Shown: in pieces, positions 25,149 through 37,799 of the stretch
How the letters are laid out: each line of letters opens with the position of its first letter
Position numbering within the stretch: the stretch's first letter is position 1
Source: Octopus sinensis
Taxonomy: Eukaryota
Direction of reading: 5' to 3'
NCBI RefSeq assembly: GCF_006345805.1
Contig: NC_042998.1
Span: forward strand, 20,708,001-20,772,000
DNA length: 64,000 nucleotides
Position numbers and translations under genes: made by a program
Notes under the pieces: model-generated
Told to the model about the DNA's origin: nothing
What the model saw: the letters and a program-made list of their open reading frames with translations, nothing else
Databases searched by the model: none

Positions 25149-25541
25149 CAAATAATACCTATTTCTTTTACTACCCACAAGGGGCTAAACACAGAGAGGA
25201 CAAACAAGGACAGACAAACGGATTAAGTTGATTACATTGACCCCCAGTGCGTAACTGGTACTTATTTAATCGACCCCCCCCCCCGAAAGGATGAAAGGCA
25301 AAGTCGACCTCGGCGGAATTTGAACTCACAACGTAACGGCACACGAAATACCTATTTCTTTACTACCCACAAGGGGCTAAACACAGAGGGGACAAACAAG
25401 GACAGACAAACGGATTAAGTCGATTATATCGACCCCAGTGCGTAACTGGTACTTATTTAATAGACCCCCGAAAGGATGAAAGGCAAAGTCGACCTCGGCG
25501 GAATTTGAACTCAGAACGTAGCGGTCAGACAAATAATACCT
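25149..25541 (-). mobile_element. SINE family A, headless double body, flanked by 12-bp direct repeat CAAATAATACCT
   Basis: Direct repeat at 25149-25160 and 25530-25541; two B box plus body units. Confidence 0.85.
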
Positions 25542-26300
25542 TTCAATTGGTCTTCTGTTCCCGAGCCTTCGCCGAACCGGTCCAAAAATATTTTGCTTTC
25601 TAGACTGTTGTTGTTATTGGACTCTTGCGTTTTGGCGAATGATAGTTCAGCAAGACACAACTGCAAAATGTTGTTAGTTCAATGTTTTGCCTTGTCATCT
25701 CATGTGGAAATTCAACTCATCCGAGATTTGTAGATCCGGTTGCAGTCGTTGCGATTGTAGCTTCCGTCATTTGAGCGTCTTTGTACAGTGACTGGTATGG
25801 ATCTCCAATGCAAATAGCAACAATACTGTGGAGTTAACGAATATATCGTTGACTTGCGGCGTTGATTCAAATTCTTCTGGTGGGAAAAGTTACATACGAT
25901 AAACGGAGAAGATTTATGAATCCAGGAAAAAAGGCACTGGAAAAAAAAAACAGGAAGAAAAAAAAGGACACTGTTTCGGCGTCTTTCTTTAATAGAAATG
26001 TTAACTCTCGAATTCTCACTTTTTTTTAGATTAATATGTCAATCAGTCTCTGTAAAGGAATATGCAGAATTGATCGTAAATTAATGAGTTACGAACTCTG
26101 CGCAACCAACCGCCTACTCCTCTGTCCCACGTTTGCTAAAAGATCCACGGGAACTTCCTACTCCTTACACTATGACAGTTGGTCTTAATCCCGAAGAGTT
26201 TTTACTCTGTGATAACGGACCAAATGCAAACAACCGCAGTCTAGTGTTTGGTACTAGTGACGGCCTCAGACTCCCTGCTGGTGCCGATACTCTGTATATG

Positions 26301-26731
26301 CAGCGCTGGATTAACCATTAAGTAAAATAAGCACGTGCTTAGGGCATCAAAGGAAGTGGGGGGGGGCACCACAGAAATAGTAAATGGTTTACGGCACAAA
26401 TAAAAATCACTTTAAACTTGCTAAAATGATATTCGGGATGCCTTTATCTCTACTAAGTATAGGTGCAGATGTGTTACGTAAGATTAATTTTGAGGATCTG
26501 ATCAAAGACTTTGCAATTACAAAAAAGTAGGAGAAATCTTTTCAAATATAAATAAAGTGGAAGTATACAAAAATGAACATTATTTTCCCTCTTACTGTTT
26601 TATTTCGTTTCGAAAAGTAAAGATTTCTTTTATGGTTTGTTATTGCTTATATTTTGAATTACATAATCTTTTATGGGGGCACCAAAATCTTGTAAGTGCT
26701 TAGGGTCTTGATGGCTCTTAATCTGGCCCTG
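26301..26731. mobile_element. hAT-type MITE splitting the MULE catalytic motif
   Basis: Imperfect TIRs CAGCGCTGGATTAA / TTAATCTGGCCCTG; 8-bp TSD TGTATATG/TATATATG. Confidence 0.8.
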
Positions 26732-27358
26732 TATATATGGATGGCAACTTTGCTATGGCTCCAAATATTTTCAAACATATGTGTGTCATCCGTGTCCCTT
26801 TCGGTGATACTGCTGGTACTTCAGTGTACGACTCTTCTTCCAAACTAGACGCGTGTCACCTACGAAGATCTCGGATCTTTTCACTTTGACCGGCAGATTT
26901 TTTAAATAATTACTTTGTAACTAAACACTTTTAAACTTCGTGTACTGGTAGAATGTGTCACATAAAACATCTTTTTCTCTTATATTTCTTGAGAAAATTC
27001 TGTAGTTTGTAAGCTATTTCTTGTAAAATTTCTTGCATTTCAGCAATTTCAACCAATCAATGACCTCTATAGTTGATAAGTGTGCAGACCTAGGCTATTC
27101 TATTATTGTGCAAACCGAGGTGACTGGCTTTGAAGATGGTGTACTGAGAGCTGTTCATGCAGTGTTTGGCCGCGATGTACGTAGAGAGCAAAGGTTGTCT
27201 CTATCATCTTACGCAGTCCACTTGGCGTAAGATCCAGGAACTGGGTTTGCGAACACGGTATAATACCAATGCTGAGTTTCGTTTGTTTTGCAGCATGATT
27301 GCTGCTCTAGCTCTTTTGCCCCTAGAAAACGTTAATGAAGGTATGAGATACCTCAAAA

Positions 27359-27778
27359 TAAGGCGGGAGCTGGCAGAATCGTTAGCACGCCGGGCGAAAT
27401 GCTTAGCGGTATTTCGTCTGCCGCTACGTTCTGAGTTCAAATTCCGCCGAGGTCGACTTTGCCTTCATCCTTTCAGGGTCGATAAATTAAGTACCAGTTA
27501 CGCACTGGGGTCGATGTAATCGACTTAAGTCGTTTGTCTGTCCTTGTTTGTCCTCTCTGTGTTTAGCCCCTTGTGGGTAGTAAAGAAATAGGTATTTCGT
27601 CTGCCGCTACGTTCTGAGTTCAAATTCCGCCGAGGTCGACTTTGCCTTTCATCCTTTCGGGGTCGATTAAATAAATAACAGTTACGCACTGGGGTCGATA
27701 TAATCAACTTAATCCGTTTGTCTGTCCTTGTTTGTCCTCTCTGAGTTTAACCCCTTGTGGGTGGTAAAGAAATAGGTA
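27359..27778 (+). mobile_element. SINE family A inserted in the MULE transposase remnant
   Basis: Full head plus two bodies; transposase frame resumes at YLK|TVSPQDPP. Confidence 0.9.
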
Positions 27779-29920
27779 TGAGATGCCTCAAAACTGTCAG
27801 TCCACAAGATCCACCTGAAGCCGCTGAGTTGCTCATGTACTTCGATTGTACTTATATTATTGGCTCCTTTCGACTGATTCAGCAGCCAGTTACCATGTCC
27901 AGTGATGCCCTGATGCCTCTGAGAATGCGTCACATTCTACCTATGTTGTGCCCCACACCTATGGAATGTGCACGACGCCACCATGAACGAGAAAGCCCGT
28001 ACAAAAAAACATCTGCGAAGGGTGGAATAATAAATACTTCAACCTCGTTGGTCACTACCATCCTTCACTCTGGCGTGTCATCGAATGGTTTCAAAGTGAA
28101 GAAACGACAGTGAGCACCATTATTGAGCAGGATCCTGTTGGCAACCCCACTCAAAGAAGAGTTCGTCGACGCTATGTGCAGCTACAGGAACGCCTTCGCA
28201 ACTTGTGTGTTGCTCAACGTAAGGACCATAAGACTCTGACAGAGTTTCTTCGTGGCGTCGACTGAAATATTCGTCCTCTCTGAATAGGGTGGAGCGAGCC
28301 TGTTTTCTCTCGGTAGTTGCTGTTGCGAAAGAAGTAGTATGGAAGACGAGAGTGAAAGGAATTGCAACAGGCATGTTCATCTCCAGTCTGGAGCTAATCG
28401 ACTTTTTCGTTTTCCACCTGAAACGGAAAATAAGGCTGGAGAAGAAATGCCTATCGCAAAGTGTGTTTCGTAAAAGATGGAAGTCTATAGCAAGTATGTT
28501 GCGAGTGAAAGAACCTGTTTAAACGAGAATATATAAAGGAGAAGGCAAAGTCTTCAGTGTGAGTATGTGGTTTGTGGGGTCGACCGCGCCCTCCGCTTCA
28601 TTTTTTGTAAATCACACATTCTCATTTAATTCTCGTGGCTGGAGGACTTCTAGAAAACGTTCTTTCAGTCCTCGTTGGAGACCTACGTTGTTTTGTTGGT
28701 GTCATAATCGTTTTGGTGTTAATACACACAAATGTATTTAACCATGTTCTTCCAATTCATCTTCTCAACCACGGGAAAACAGCGTAACAAGGAATGAAGT
28801 GCGACTAGAACACATGGCGAAATTTCGATACATCACGTTTCTTTTTCTTTTTGTTTTTTTGTTTTTACTTTTTGTCTGAGACACGATTTCAAAGTATCAA
28901 TTCCTTGTAGATACAAGGAACACTTGCTGCATTTTGCCAGTAAATTCTTATGTGATTCAAGAAAACCATCAACTATCACATTACAAGCGGCTATTCTCCT
29001 ATTTCCACTTACGGTGAGAAATCTATGACGTTGGATCTTAATCTGAGGCGTCAGTTCAAGTGGATCTTCCATATTCTATTCTTTAAGTCGGCTTCCTGCA
29101 TAATTTTTGTCTGCTTGTAGACTTGAAACACAGACAACTGATAGATTCGGAAACGGATTTGTCCGCGCAGGGTCCGTGCAGTAAACGTGATACTGCCAGT
29201 CCTCTTTTCTTTGTACCCTCTACATCTAATTGTTATCATATGATCCTTAAGACATTTCCAAACATCACTCGCCCTTTTTTTTAATAATGAGAGTCCAGTA
29301 CACTCTGTTACACATCATGTCATGACTAAAAGATCTGTTTCATTGCGACATAGGTGTCTCACCGCTGACATACTAAAAATTGATAGGGGCGAATTTAGTC
29401 ACATGTTGGATCTTGGAACAGTTCGACCTTCCTCTAGTAATTGATCTTTTCCACTTCATATGGTTTCAAAAAATCTGAGGGAGCTTGGTGTCTGTGGATA
29501 CTACAGACATTTGAATGCTTTAACTGTTCTGAGAAGTACTCAATTCCACATATTCATATTCACGATTTCTCAGCTTCCTTACACGGTTGTAATGTTGTTG
29601 CTTTTAAAATTGATTTAATACGCACTTATAATCAGATTTTTATAGAATCTGCTGATGTTCCTAAAATAGCATAACTACTCCTTTTGGATTTTTAGAATAC
29701 CTTAAAATGCCTTTAGGTCATTGGAACTCTGCTATCGACGAAGTCACTCATGGTTTAGACTTAGTTGTTACCAATAGCAACGATTTGTTGATTGCTAACC
29801 CTACGGAAGAGCAGCATAAACAACATTTGAATAACCATTTTACAAGCTTGTCAAAGTTCGGAGTGATAATTAACCTCAGTAAATTTCTTTTTGGTGTTTC
29901 TTCTATTACATTTTGGGATG

Positions 29921-30314
29921 TCTCTCTATATATAAAGCTGAAGTTGTCTGTGTGTAGCAGGTTTGGTAGCCTTCAACTAACACTATCTCATCCGAGACCC
30001 TGCGGCGCAAGTTGGCCAAAATTGAGAGTATGATAGAAGAAGGCTTGCTCTTCATTCCGTAGAAGATAAAATTCAAATCGGACCATGTTAACACCAAAAA
30101 TTATTTACATAAAAAAGGTGCTTTTCTTCTATGAAAATCCTTATTTTTTTTACGATTTTTTGACAGCTGTGTCACCATTTTTCGGTGTATTTCAACCAGA
30201 AAAATGTTCACTTAAAGAGAATAACAAGCTATATAATGCAAAACTTTTACTTTTCAAAAATTCCAATTATAAAGGGTTGGAACAAACCCGAGCAACGCCG
30301 GGCGATACTGCTAG
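29921..30314 (+). mobile_element. Non-autonomous Helitron inserted in Gypsy RT
   Basis: TCTCTCTATATATAAAG... CCCGAGCAACGCCGGGCGATACTGCTAG; Gypsy frame continues either side (SITF|IDKDGI). Confidence 0.82.
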
Positions 30315-30928
30315 TTATTGATAAAGATGGAATTTGTTCGTTAAAGGCAAAAATAGATACCATTACAAATATTCTTGTTCTTGCATTGCTGAAGAAGTTG
30401 AGATAATTTCTTGGTCATATTTCTTCGGAAGATTTATTCCGCACTGTACGGAAACTATATTTCCTCTAAGAGTGTTACTACGTAATCGAAAACGAAGTAA
30501 AAATACAAAACTATCTCTCTAAATCCGGCAGAATTGCAATCTTTTAACGATATCAAAGAAGAGTTAACCAAAGTTACACTATTAGCCCATCCGGTACTAG
30601 ACGTTCCTCTGCCCCCTCAGTGTCCGGCCCTGCGTGGCTTAATAAAGAAATTTATCATTGAATATAGATGCATCTGACGTAGAAATCGGTGCGATACTGC
30701 AACAGTTTGTTCAAGATGCTAAGCAACCTCTTTCAAGCGTTTCAAACCAGCAGAAACGAGGCACAGTACTTTCGGAAGCGAATTATTGACCACTTAACTA
30801 TCTGTGAAGCATTTTTATCATTCACTGTATACTGATCATAAGCCGTTGACGTATGCAGTCTAAGACTGATAAATGCTCTCTTGGGAGCATTAGGCACTTT
30901 GCTTATATCTCACAGTTTAGAGAGGATA

Positions 30929-31312
30929 TCTCTCTATATATAAACGGCAGTTTGTCTGTGTGTGTTTCTGTGTGTCTGTTAGGTTGTACCCTTACCCTGA
31001 CCACTGCTTTCAACCGATTCTGATGAAACTTGACACACACATAGCCCAATGTCATAATTCAAAACTAACGCAGCGAAAATTTTGAAAAGTTCCCCCAGTT
31101 CTGAAAAAAATCGATAAATTCGACATGGGGTCGAGAATCAGAAACACAAACCACAGACTGTCTAGGGGACGCAACTCGACCTTTTTTAACTCTCAAAAAA
31201 AATTTACCATAATTTTTTTCCATTTTTTTGCTATATTTTGGCTATAACTCTCTAAAAATGCTTTAGAGTTATTTCCCTTACAAACCTGAGCAACGCCGGG
31301 CGATACTGCTAG
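30929..31312 (+). mobile_element. Non-autonomous Helitron (different 5' body)
   Basis: A|TC start, hairpin, CTAG|T end. Confidence 0.82.
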
Positions 31313-31443
31313 TTAGTTATAAGAAGGGTGCTGATAATTCTGCAGCAGACACCTTATCCTGTGTTTTTGTCAATGCTTTGCATTCTGCCAATACTATTAA
31401 CTTGGAAATGATTGCTATGAATCAAAAGAACAATGAGGAGTTA

Positions 31444-31966
31444 CCGTAAATCCTCGAGTATAATCCGCACTTTTTTCCCCAAAATGTAAAGGTTAAAATC
31501 CTTAGTGCGTACTATAGACGTGGTTAAAAATGAAAAATATTTTCTAAGCAATGTCCGATTTTCTATTTGCTGTTCGGCAATGTTTATTCAGACGCATTTT
31601 GTGATGTCGGGCGCGAATATACCTTAAGCTAAGCTTGAAAGCAATGAAGTCATAAAAGAATCATCTATAACTTGCAGTAGGCAACATTTATTAAAATAAA
31701 AGTATTCAGAACACAGAATAACACGTAACAAAAACAATTTGCAAGCATATTTACATTCCCATATAACAGTTAAGAACATCACCATTATTGTATTACGAAT
31801 GCGCGGAAGTGTTTCTTCGACTAGGTGCTGCTGGATTAATTACGCATGGTTCAAGTCAGAGAAGGGATGTGTATTATACACAAGGTTTAGGTTTTTCAGA
31901 AGTACAGCCCCCTAAAAATCTCCTGCGCATTATACTCAAGGGCGGACTATACTCGAGGATTTACGG
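31444..31966. mobile_element. Tc1/mariner-pogo type MITE
   Basis: TA|CCGTAAATCCTCGAGTATAATCCGC...GCGGACTATACTCGAGGATTTACGG|TA (25-bp TIR, 1 mismatch). Confidence 0.9.
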
Positions 31967-33407
31967 TATTACAACTCCGTACATCAGAGTCATCGTTTCT
32001 GGATTTTCGTCTATTACTATTGCATTCTAGTGTTTCCCTTATATGGTCTGATGCTTCTACTGGATTTCCTTGACCGTACCTCCAAGAGAATCATAGACGA
32101 ACCGACTTCTCTGCTTTCTATCCTGGTATTTTGGCAACGGCGAAATTAATTTCAAATCGTTTTGTTTGGCTTAAAATACAGAACATTCGTAATTGGGCGC
32201 GCCATCGTATATCCTTCCAAAACACCAGGGTTAAGCGTCACATCAAAATACCGTTAGGAACTTTCGTTACTCCTGACGCCATTTCAAACACATCCACGTA
32301 TATATTGCAGGTCCTCTTCCACCAGTTTAGGATAAAATGTATCTTTTGGACCTTATAGGCTGTTTTCTCAAATACAAATTAAAGACATTTCATCTCTTAC
32401 AGTTGCCTTAGGGATTCTCTCATCTTGCGAGTTACAAGACAACCCACACGGTGCTGGTGCCATGGAAAACAAACCCACTTTGGATACTTTAAAATGGATG
32501 GCAACCTACACACTGCACTAACATGGGGATAGAGTACGAAATGAATACTCGACTGCAACACAAGTACTCAGAGTACAACAATTACATGAGGAGTAGCCCT
32601 AATGCTTTGGAGCAGCAATGACAAAACGACCTGATGTGGGGTTGACAGTTCCAATCCAGTTTTTTCGCCAACCTGTCTCACCTGCTAGGTACACGTCGAA
32701 TTCGTACAACAGCTTACAATCCCATGTCTAACAGAATGATAGAACGGCTACATCGACAACTTTACACAGCTTTACGAGGACATTCCGATTTGGATAGATG
32801 GTTCGAAACCCTGCCGATTGCACTGCTGTTACCGAAAACCTAGGTTACTCCTCGGCAGAATTACTTTATGGTTCGACACTTACACTCCCTAGTCAAATGA
32901 TATTGGCTACAGCTACTCAGCATAATCCTTCTAGCTATATTCATCGGCCATGAAATTACATGGCAGAATTACCTCCGTTAATAGCGAGACCACAGTCGAT
33001 TAACACGTTGGTTCCACTCGACAGCAATTCCCGGACTCATGTATTTGTACGCAAAGATGCAGTTAAGCTTCCTTTGCAGGTAGCTTATTCCGGCCAGTAC
33101 CGTGTGCTAAAATCTAAACCAAAGTATATGCTTTTGGACATTTGGAAACCGAAAGAAACCCGTCATATGCGTGTGTGTCTTTGTCTGTGTTTGTACTCCC
33201 CACTGTTTGACAACCGGTGTTGGTGTGTTTATGTCCCTGTAACTTAGAGGTTCAGCAAAAGAAACCGATAGAATAAATACTAGGCTTTAAAAATAAGTCC
33301 TGAGGTTGATTTGTTCAATTAAAAGTCTTCAAGGTGGTACCCCAACATGGCTGCAGTCAAATGACTGAAACAAGTAAAAGACAAACTAGAGAAAATACAA
33401 ATTGCAA

Positions 33408-33791
33408 TCTCTCTATATATAAAGCTGAAGTTGTCTGTGTATGGCAGGTTTGGTAGCCTTCAACTAACACTATCTCCTCCGAGACCCTGCAGCACAAGTT
33501 GACCAAAATTGAGAGTATGATAGAAGAAGGTTTGCTCTTCCTTCTGTAGAAGAAAAAAATTCATATCGGACCATGTTAACACCAAAAATTATTTACATCA
33601 AAAAGGTGCTTTTTTTCTATGAAAATCCCTATTTTTTACGATTTTTTGACTGCTGTGTCGCCATTTTTCGGTTTATTTCAACCAGAAAAATGTTCACTTA
33701 AAGAGCTACATAATGCAAAATTTTTACTTTTCAAAAATTCCAATTCTAAAGGGTCAAAACAAACCTGAGCAACGCAGGGCAATACTGCTAG
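33408..33791 (+). mobile_element. Non-autonomous Helitron (same subfamily as 29921 and 63827)
   Basis: A|TC start, CTAG|T end. Confidence 0.82.
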
Positions 33792-36004
33792 TAAAAAAAT
33801 AAGAATAAATGCTCTTTGACCATTGATTGCAGATTTCTTTGTTTGAGCTGTCCAAGAGTATCATCTCACACCATTCACAATGTTACTGATCTTGCTGTTT
33901 CCTGTTCAGCTGAGCAAATCTTTCTTCATTTGTTGTTAAATTTTCATAAACCATATAAACGAACAGCCTCATTTAAAACTACTCTAGATAGTTTATATTG
34001 TACTAAACATGTCATCCAGTGTTGTGCACCTGCACAAAAAAGATTTGCACTGTTATGTAAACATGAGTTTAGAACTTTCCTATGTTGATCTGAAGTCTTT
34101 CAATGACTATTTTATGATGCTGCATAAAAATCTGATTTTTAACAACAGAATTCTATGTTGTTTAGAATTCATCATCATTATCAACATCATTTAGCATCCG
34201 TTTTCCATGCTAGCATGGGTTGGACGGTTCAACTGGGGTCTGTGAAGCCAGAAGGCTGCATCAGGCCCAGTCTGATCTGGCAGTGTTTCTACGGCTGGAT
34301 GCCCTTCCTAACGCCAACCACTCCGTGAGTGTAGTGGGTGCTTTTTACGTGCCACCCGCACAGGTGCCAGACGGAGCTGGCAAACGGCCACGGACGGATG
34401 GTGCTTTTACATGCCACTGGCACAGGGGCCAGGTGAGGCTGGCAATTATTGATATTAATTTTTAACATTAGCATAATGTCAGAGGAAAAGTATAATTAAA
34501 TTGACCTTGTTACTTCATCATCATTATCATTGTTACTTAACATCCATTTTCCATGCTGGCATAGGTTGGACAGTTTGACAGCACTGACAAGGCCAGAAGC
34601 CGCACCAGGCTCCATAATTTGTTTGACATGGTTTCTACAGCTGGATAACTTTCCTAATGCTAACCACTTTACAAAGAGTACTGGGTGCTTTTCATATGGC
34701 ATCAGCACCAGTGCTTTTGATTAGCACTAATTTAATCAATGCTCTAAGGACGAAAGGCAAAGCTGACTGAGGTGTGGTTTGAAATCAGAAGGTAGAGGGA
34801 TGTGACTAAATACCACGACATGTGCACTGCTCGAACTATTCATCATCATCATCCTCATCATCATTTAACGTCTGTTTTCCATGCTAGCATGGGTTGGACG
34901 ATTTGACTGAGGACTGGTGAACCAGATGGCTGCACCAGGCTCCAGTCTTGATCTGGCAGAGTTTCTACAGCTGGATGCCCTTCCTAACGCCAACCACTCC
35001 AAGAGTGTAGTGGGTGCTTTTAGATGCCACTGGCATGAGGGCCAGTCAGGCGGTACTGGCAATGGCTACGTTCAAATGGTGTTTTTTACGTGCCACCTGC
35101 ACAGGAGCCTCAGAAGGAAATTGATATCTGTCACTATAAATCTCTTTAGAAACATAACCAACAATAAATGATCGTCAAGAATTTCAAAGGATAATCCTAG
35201 ATTAAAATAATATAATACTCTTACAGTATAAACAATCTTTTAAAAAAAAAAAAAAAATTTAACTATACCATAATTCTGTTACTTGAAATACACTGACAAA
35301 AAGTGAATCTTTTTGTTGTTTTTTTTTTTAATATTTATTTTATCAACTCTTCACAGGAATATAAGATAAAATTGACTTTAAATCTCAGTAGAATTTGAAG
35401 TCACAACAACAAGATAAATTTTTTGATACTATCTCAAACATCTCCACTGCAATGTTGATAGGAAGATATGATCCATAAGATTTTTTTTTTTTTTGAATGC
35501 AAAGCAATTGGGAAGATCTTGTATTTATGACATAGGTGAAGAGTTCCATGCTGGATTGAGAACCTAGTTGTTCACTTGCTTCTCGAAGCAATTACCATCA
35601 CAACAGTCATAAAAATAAAAAAAGAATCAAATAATAATAATTATTATAATTATTATTATTATTATTATTATTATTGCACATAATAAATGTTAAAAATAAA
35701 CAACAGTATAGCACACTGCTAATAACTGATTTTGAAGAATTGATAACAGGGTTATTTCACATGTGTGCATGTGTGCGTGTGTGTGTGTTTATTTGATGAT
35801 GGTGATCCAGTTTGGGATTATTTAGAATTTCCCATCATGAGTAACCTTTCAGGTGAGGGGGAAAAAAAAAAGGGAGAAAAGGATGTCATCTGAAGAGTCA
35901 AACATGAAGAGAGACCCTAACTAGCAATGGACAGAACCATCAGCTTCAAACAAATGACTAGCCCTTACTATATGTATTGAGTTCTTGTTTGTATATTTAC
36001 CCAG

Positions 36005-36056
<52 letters not shown>

Positions 36057-36135
36057 TATATATACCGGAGTAAGCTCATAAATGTGAAACAAGGTGGAAA
36101 AATGAGTACTCAAATACCAGAGGTAGAGTAATATG

Positions 36136-36311
36136 CTTTATTTAAAAGCAGCAGAAATATAACAAAAGCTGTTACTCGGAGTTTCATGTTCCTGTTCATC
36201 GGACAGCTTTGTTAAAAAAAAATTTTTTTTTAAAACAAAACTGTCCAACGAGCGGGAACGTGAAACTCTGAGTAACAGCTTTTGTTATATTTCTGCTGCT
36301 TTTAAATAAAG
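36136..36311. repeat. Fold-back element (78-bp arms, A9T9 centre) with a hammerhead-like motif in each arm
   Basis: Arms 36136-36213 and 36234-36311 are near-complementary; each reads stem I-CC(G/A)AYGA-stem II-GAAA-CTC(C/T)GAG-TA-ACAGC. Confidence 0.75.
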
Positions 36312-36362
<51 letters not shown>

Positions 36363-36761
36363 TGAATATATCTCTTTATGTTTACTGATGTGAATTTATG
36401 ACTACAACAGAAAATAAAAATGAACGTATATCATAAATGATAAAAGATAAACAGAAATGAGAGTAACTGTCACTGGAAGAAATTGTAATGTTTTATAGAA
36501 AGAACTGTAGCCATAGATAGAGACAGGAGTAACAACTTCCTTCCAATAAATGTAGAACACATGTTACATTATAAAGCATATATACATACACACCCATATA
36601 CTTTATATATATATATATATATAATATTTATATATATGCATATGTGTGTGAGTCTGTGTGGGTATATGTGTATATATATATATATCTAATTTTATTTGTT
36701 AGGGAATAAAAATTCCGGCATAACAGGGGTTCAAATTATTCTCAATGAAGAAATATATATT

Positions 36762-37021
36762 TTCATTTAGAGATAGTAGTCCCCTTCATTTCACCATATA
36801 AAAAAGAATTTTTATTTTAAATACCTACTATTTTATAACTTGGCTACACGTGTTTCATGAGGTACGTTTCCCGGTTCCTAACCAGCAAAACACGGAGTGG
36901 TTTAGGAACCGGGAAATGTACCTCATGAAACACGTGTAGCCAAGTTATAAAATAGTAGGTATTCAAAATAAAAATTCTTTTTTATATGGTGAGATGAAGG
37001 GGCCTACTATCTCTAAATGAA
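36762..37021. repeat. Near-perfect inverted repeat (120-bp arms, 20-nt loop)
   Basis: Arms 36762-36881 and 36902-37021; 4 mismatches counted. Confidence 0.92.
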
Positions 37022-37546
37022 TATATATATATTATACATACATACACACTTATTATATGTAAGGCATTGCACAGATAGGGTCCATGTAAAGAAGTGACAA
37101 GGGAGGACGGGGAGAAAACTTTGTAATTATAAATAAAATAAAATTACTCTTGAAGGCTTTTAAAAATGTGTGCGTGTTTAAGTGTATGTGAGTGTGTGTG
37201 TATCTTTAGCGCAAGGCCAATTTTGATTGGACGACCCGATGACAAAAAGGCCTTCCAATCATGACCACTGCTTCTTTATCATTCCAAGCATAGTGCACCC
37301 TGAATCACATTATCCAACATTTTTTTTTCTTTCTATTTTTTTTTTTTACTAAGATGGTAGGGTGTGATCAAGGGATATTTCAATGCTGTTTCTCACACAT
37401 CAAGCAATCACGGACAGATGTAAAATTTGTTCTTGGGTGGTTGTGTGTTTCACACAGTTCCAATTTTGCTTCAGTTGGATTTATTGACTTGTATTTCTTT
37501 TTACCATTTTTCTCTCCATTAATATCACATATAGCTCCAAGGGATT

Positions 37547-37667
37547 TCACAAGGATAGTCGAGTAATTACAGCATACTGTTTCACAAAGGCAATAGCTGA
37601 AAGTTCCTTGCAAAATTCTTCCAGTACAATCACAGCAGACATTTCATTGAAAGTTTCTGTGTCCATG
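37547..37667 (-). CDS. FHIP2A: FHIP2 terminal coding exon (MDTETFNEMSAVIVLEEFCKELSAIAFVKQYAVITRLSL*)
   Basis: acceptor attgtgcag|C; conserved VIVLEEFCKEL motif; TGA at 37549-37547. Confidence 0.95.
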
Positions 37668-37754
37668 CTGCACAATAAAAGAAAAGAGCAAAATTAATAA
37701 AACATAGATCTATAACAAAGGTCTCCAAACATCTTAACAAACGAGATAAACATG

Positions 37755-37799
<45 letters not shown>

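Larger units (their letters stand above)
26060..28280 (+). pseudogene. Decayed Mutator-like (MULE) transposase
   Basis: Fragments FLLCDNGPNANNRSLVFGT...LYM|DGNFAMAPNIF, GCLYHLTQSTWRKIQELGL, MNEKARTxxICEGWNNK, HPSLWRVIEWFQ; frameshifts, stops and three insertions. Confidence 0.85.
28900..33135 (+). pseudogene. Decayed Ty3/Gypsy pol (protease, RT, RNase H, integrase)
   Basis: YGEKSMTLDLNLRRQFKWIF; PLHMV; KYSIPHIHDFSASLHG..KIDL; DASDVEIGAILQQ; ATAKLISNRFVW; RTTAYNPMSNRMIERLHRQL; THVFVRKDAVK; many stops and frameshifts. Confidence 0.9.

Noticed and set aside
28290-28720. Possible 5' LTR and tRNA-Leu primer-binding site (TGGTGTCA) of the Gypsy element
   Set aside because: No matching second LTR, no clean TG...CA boundary, and only an 8-nt PBS match.
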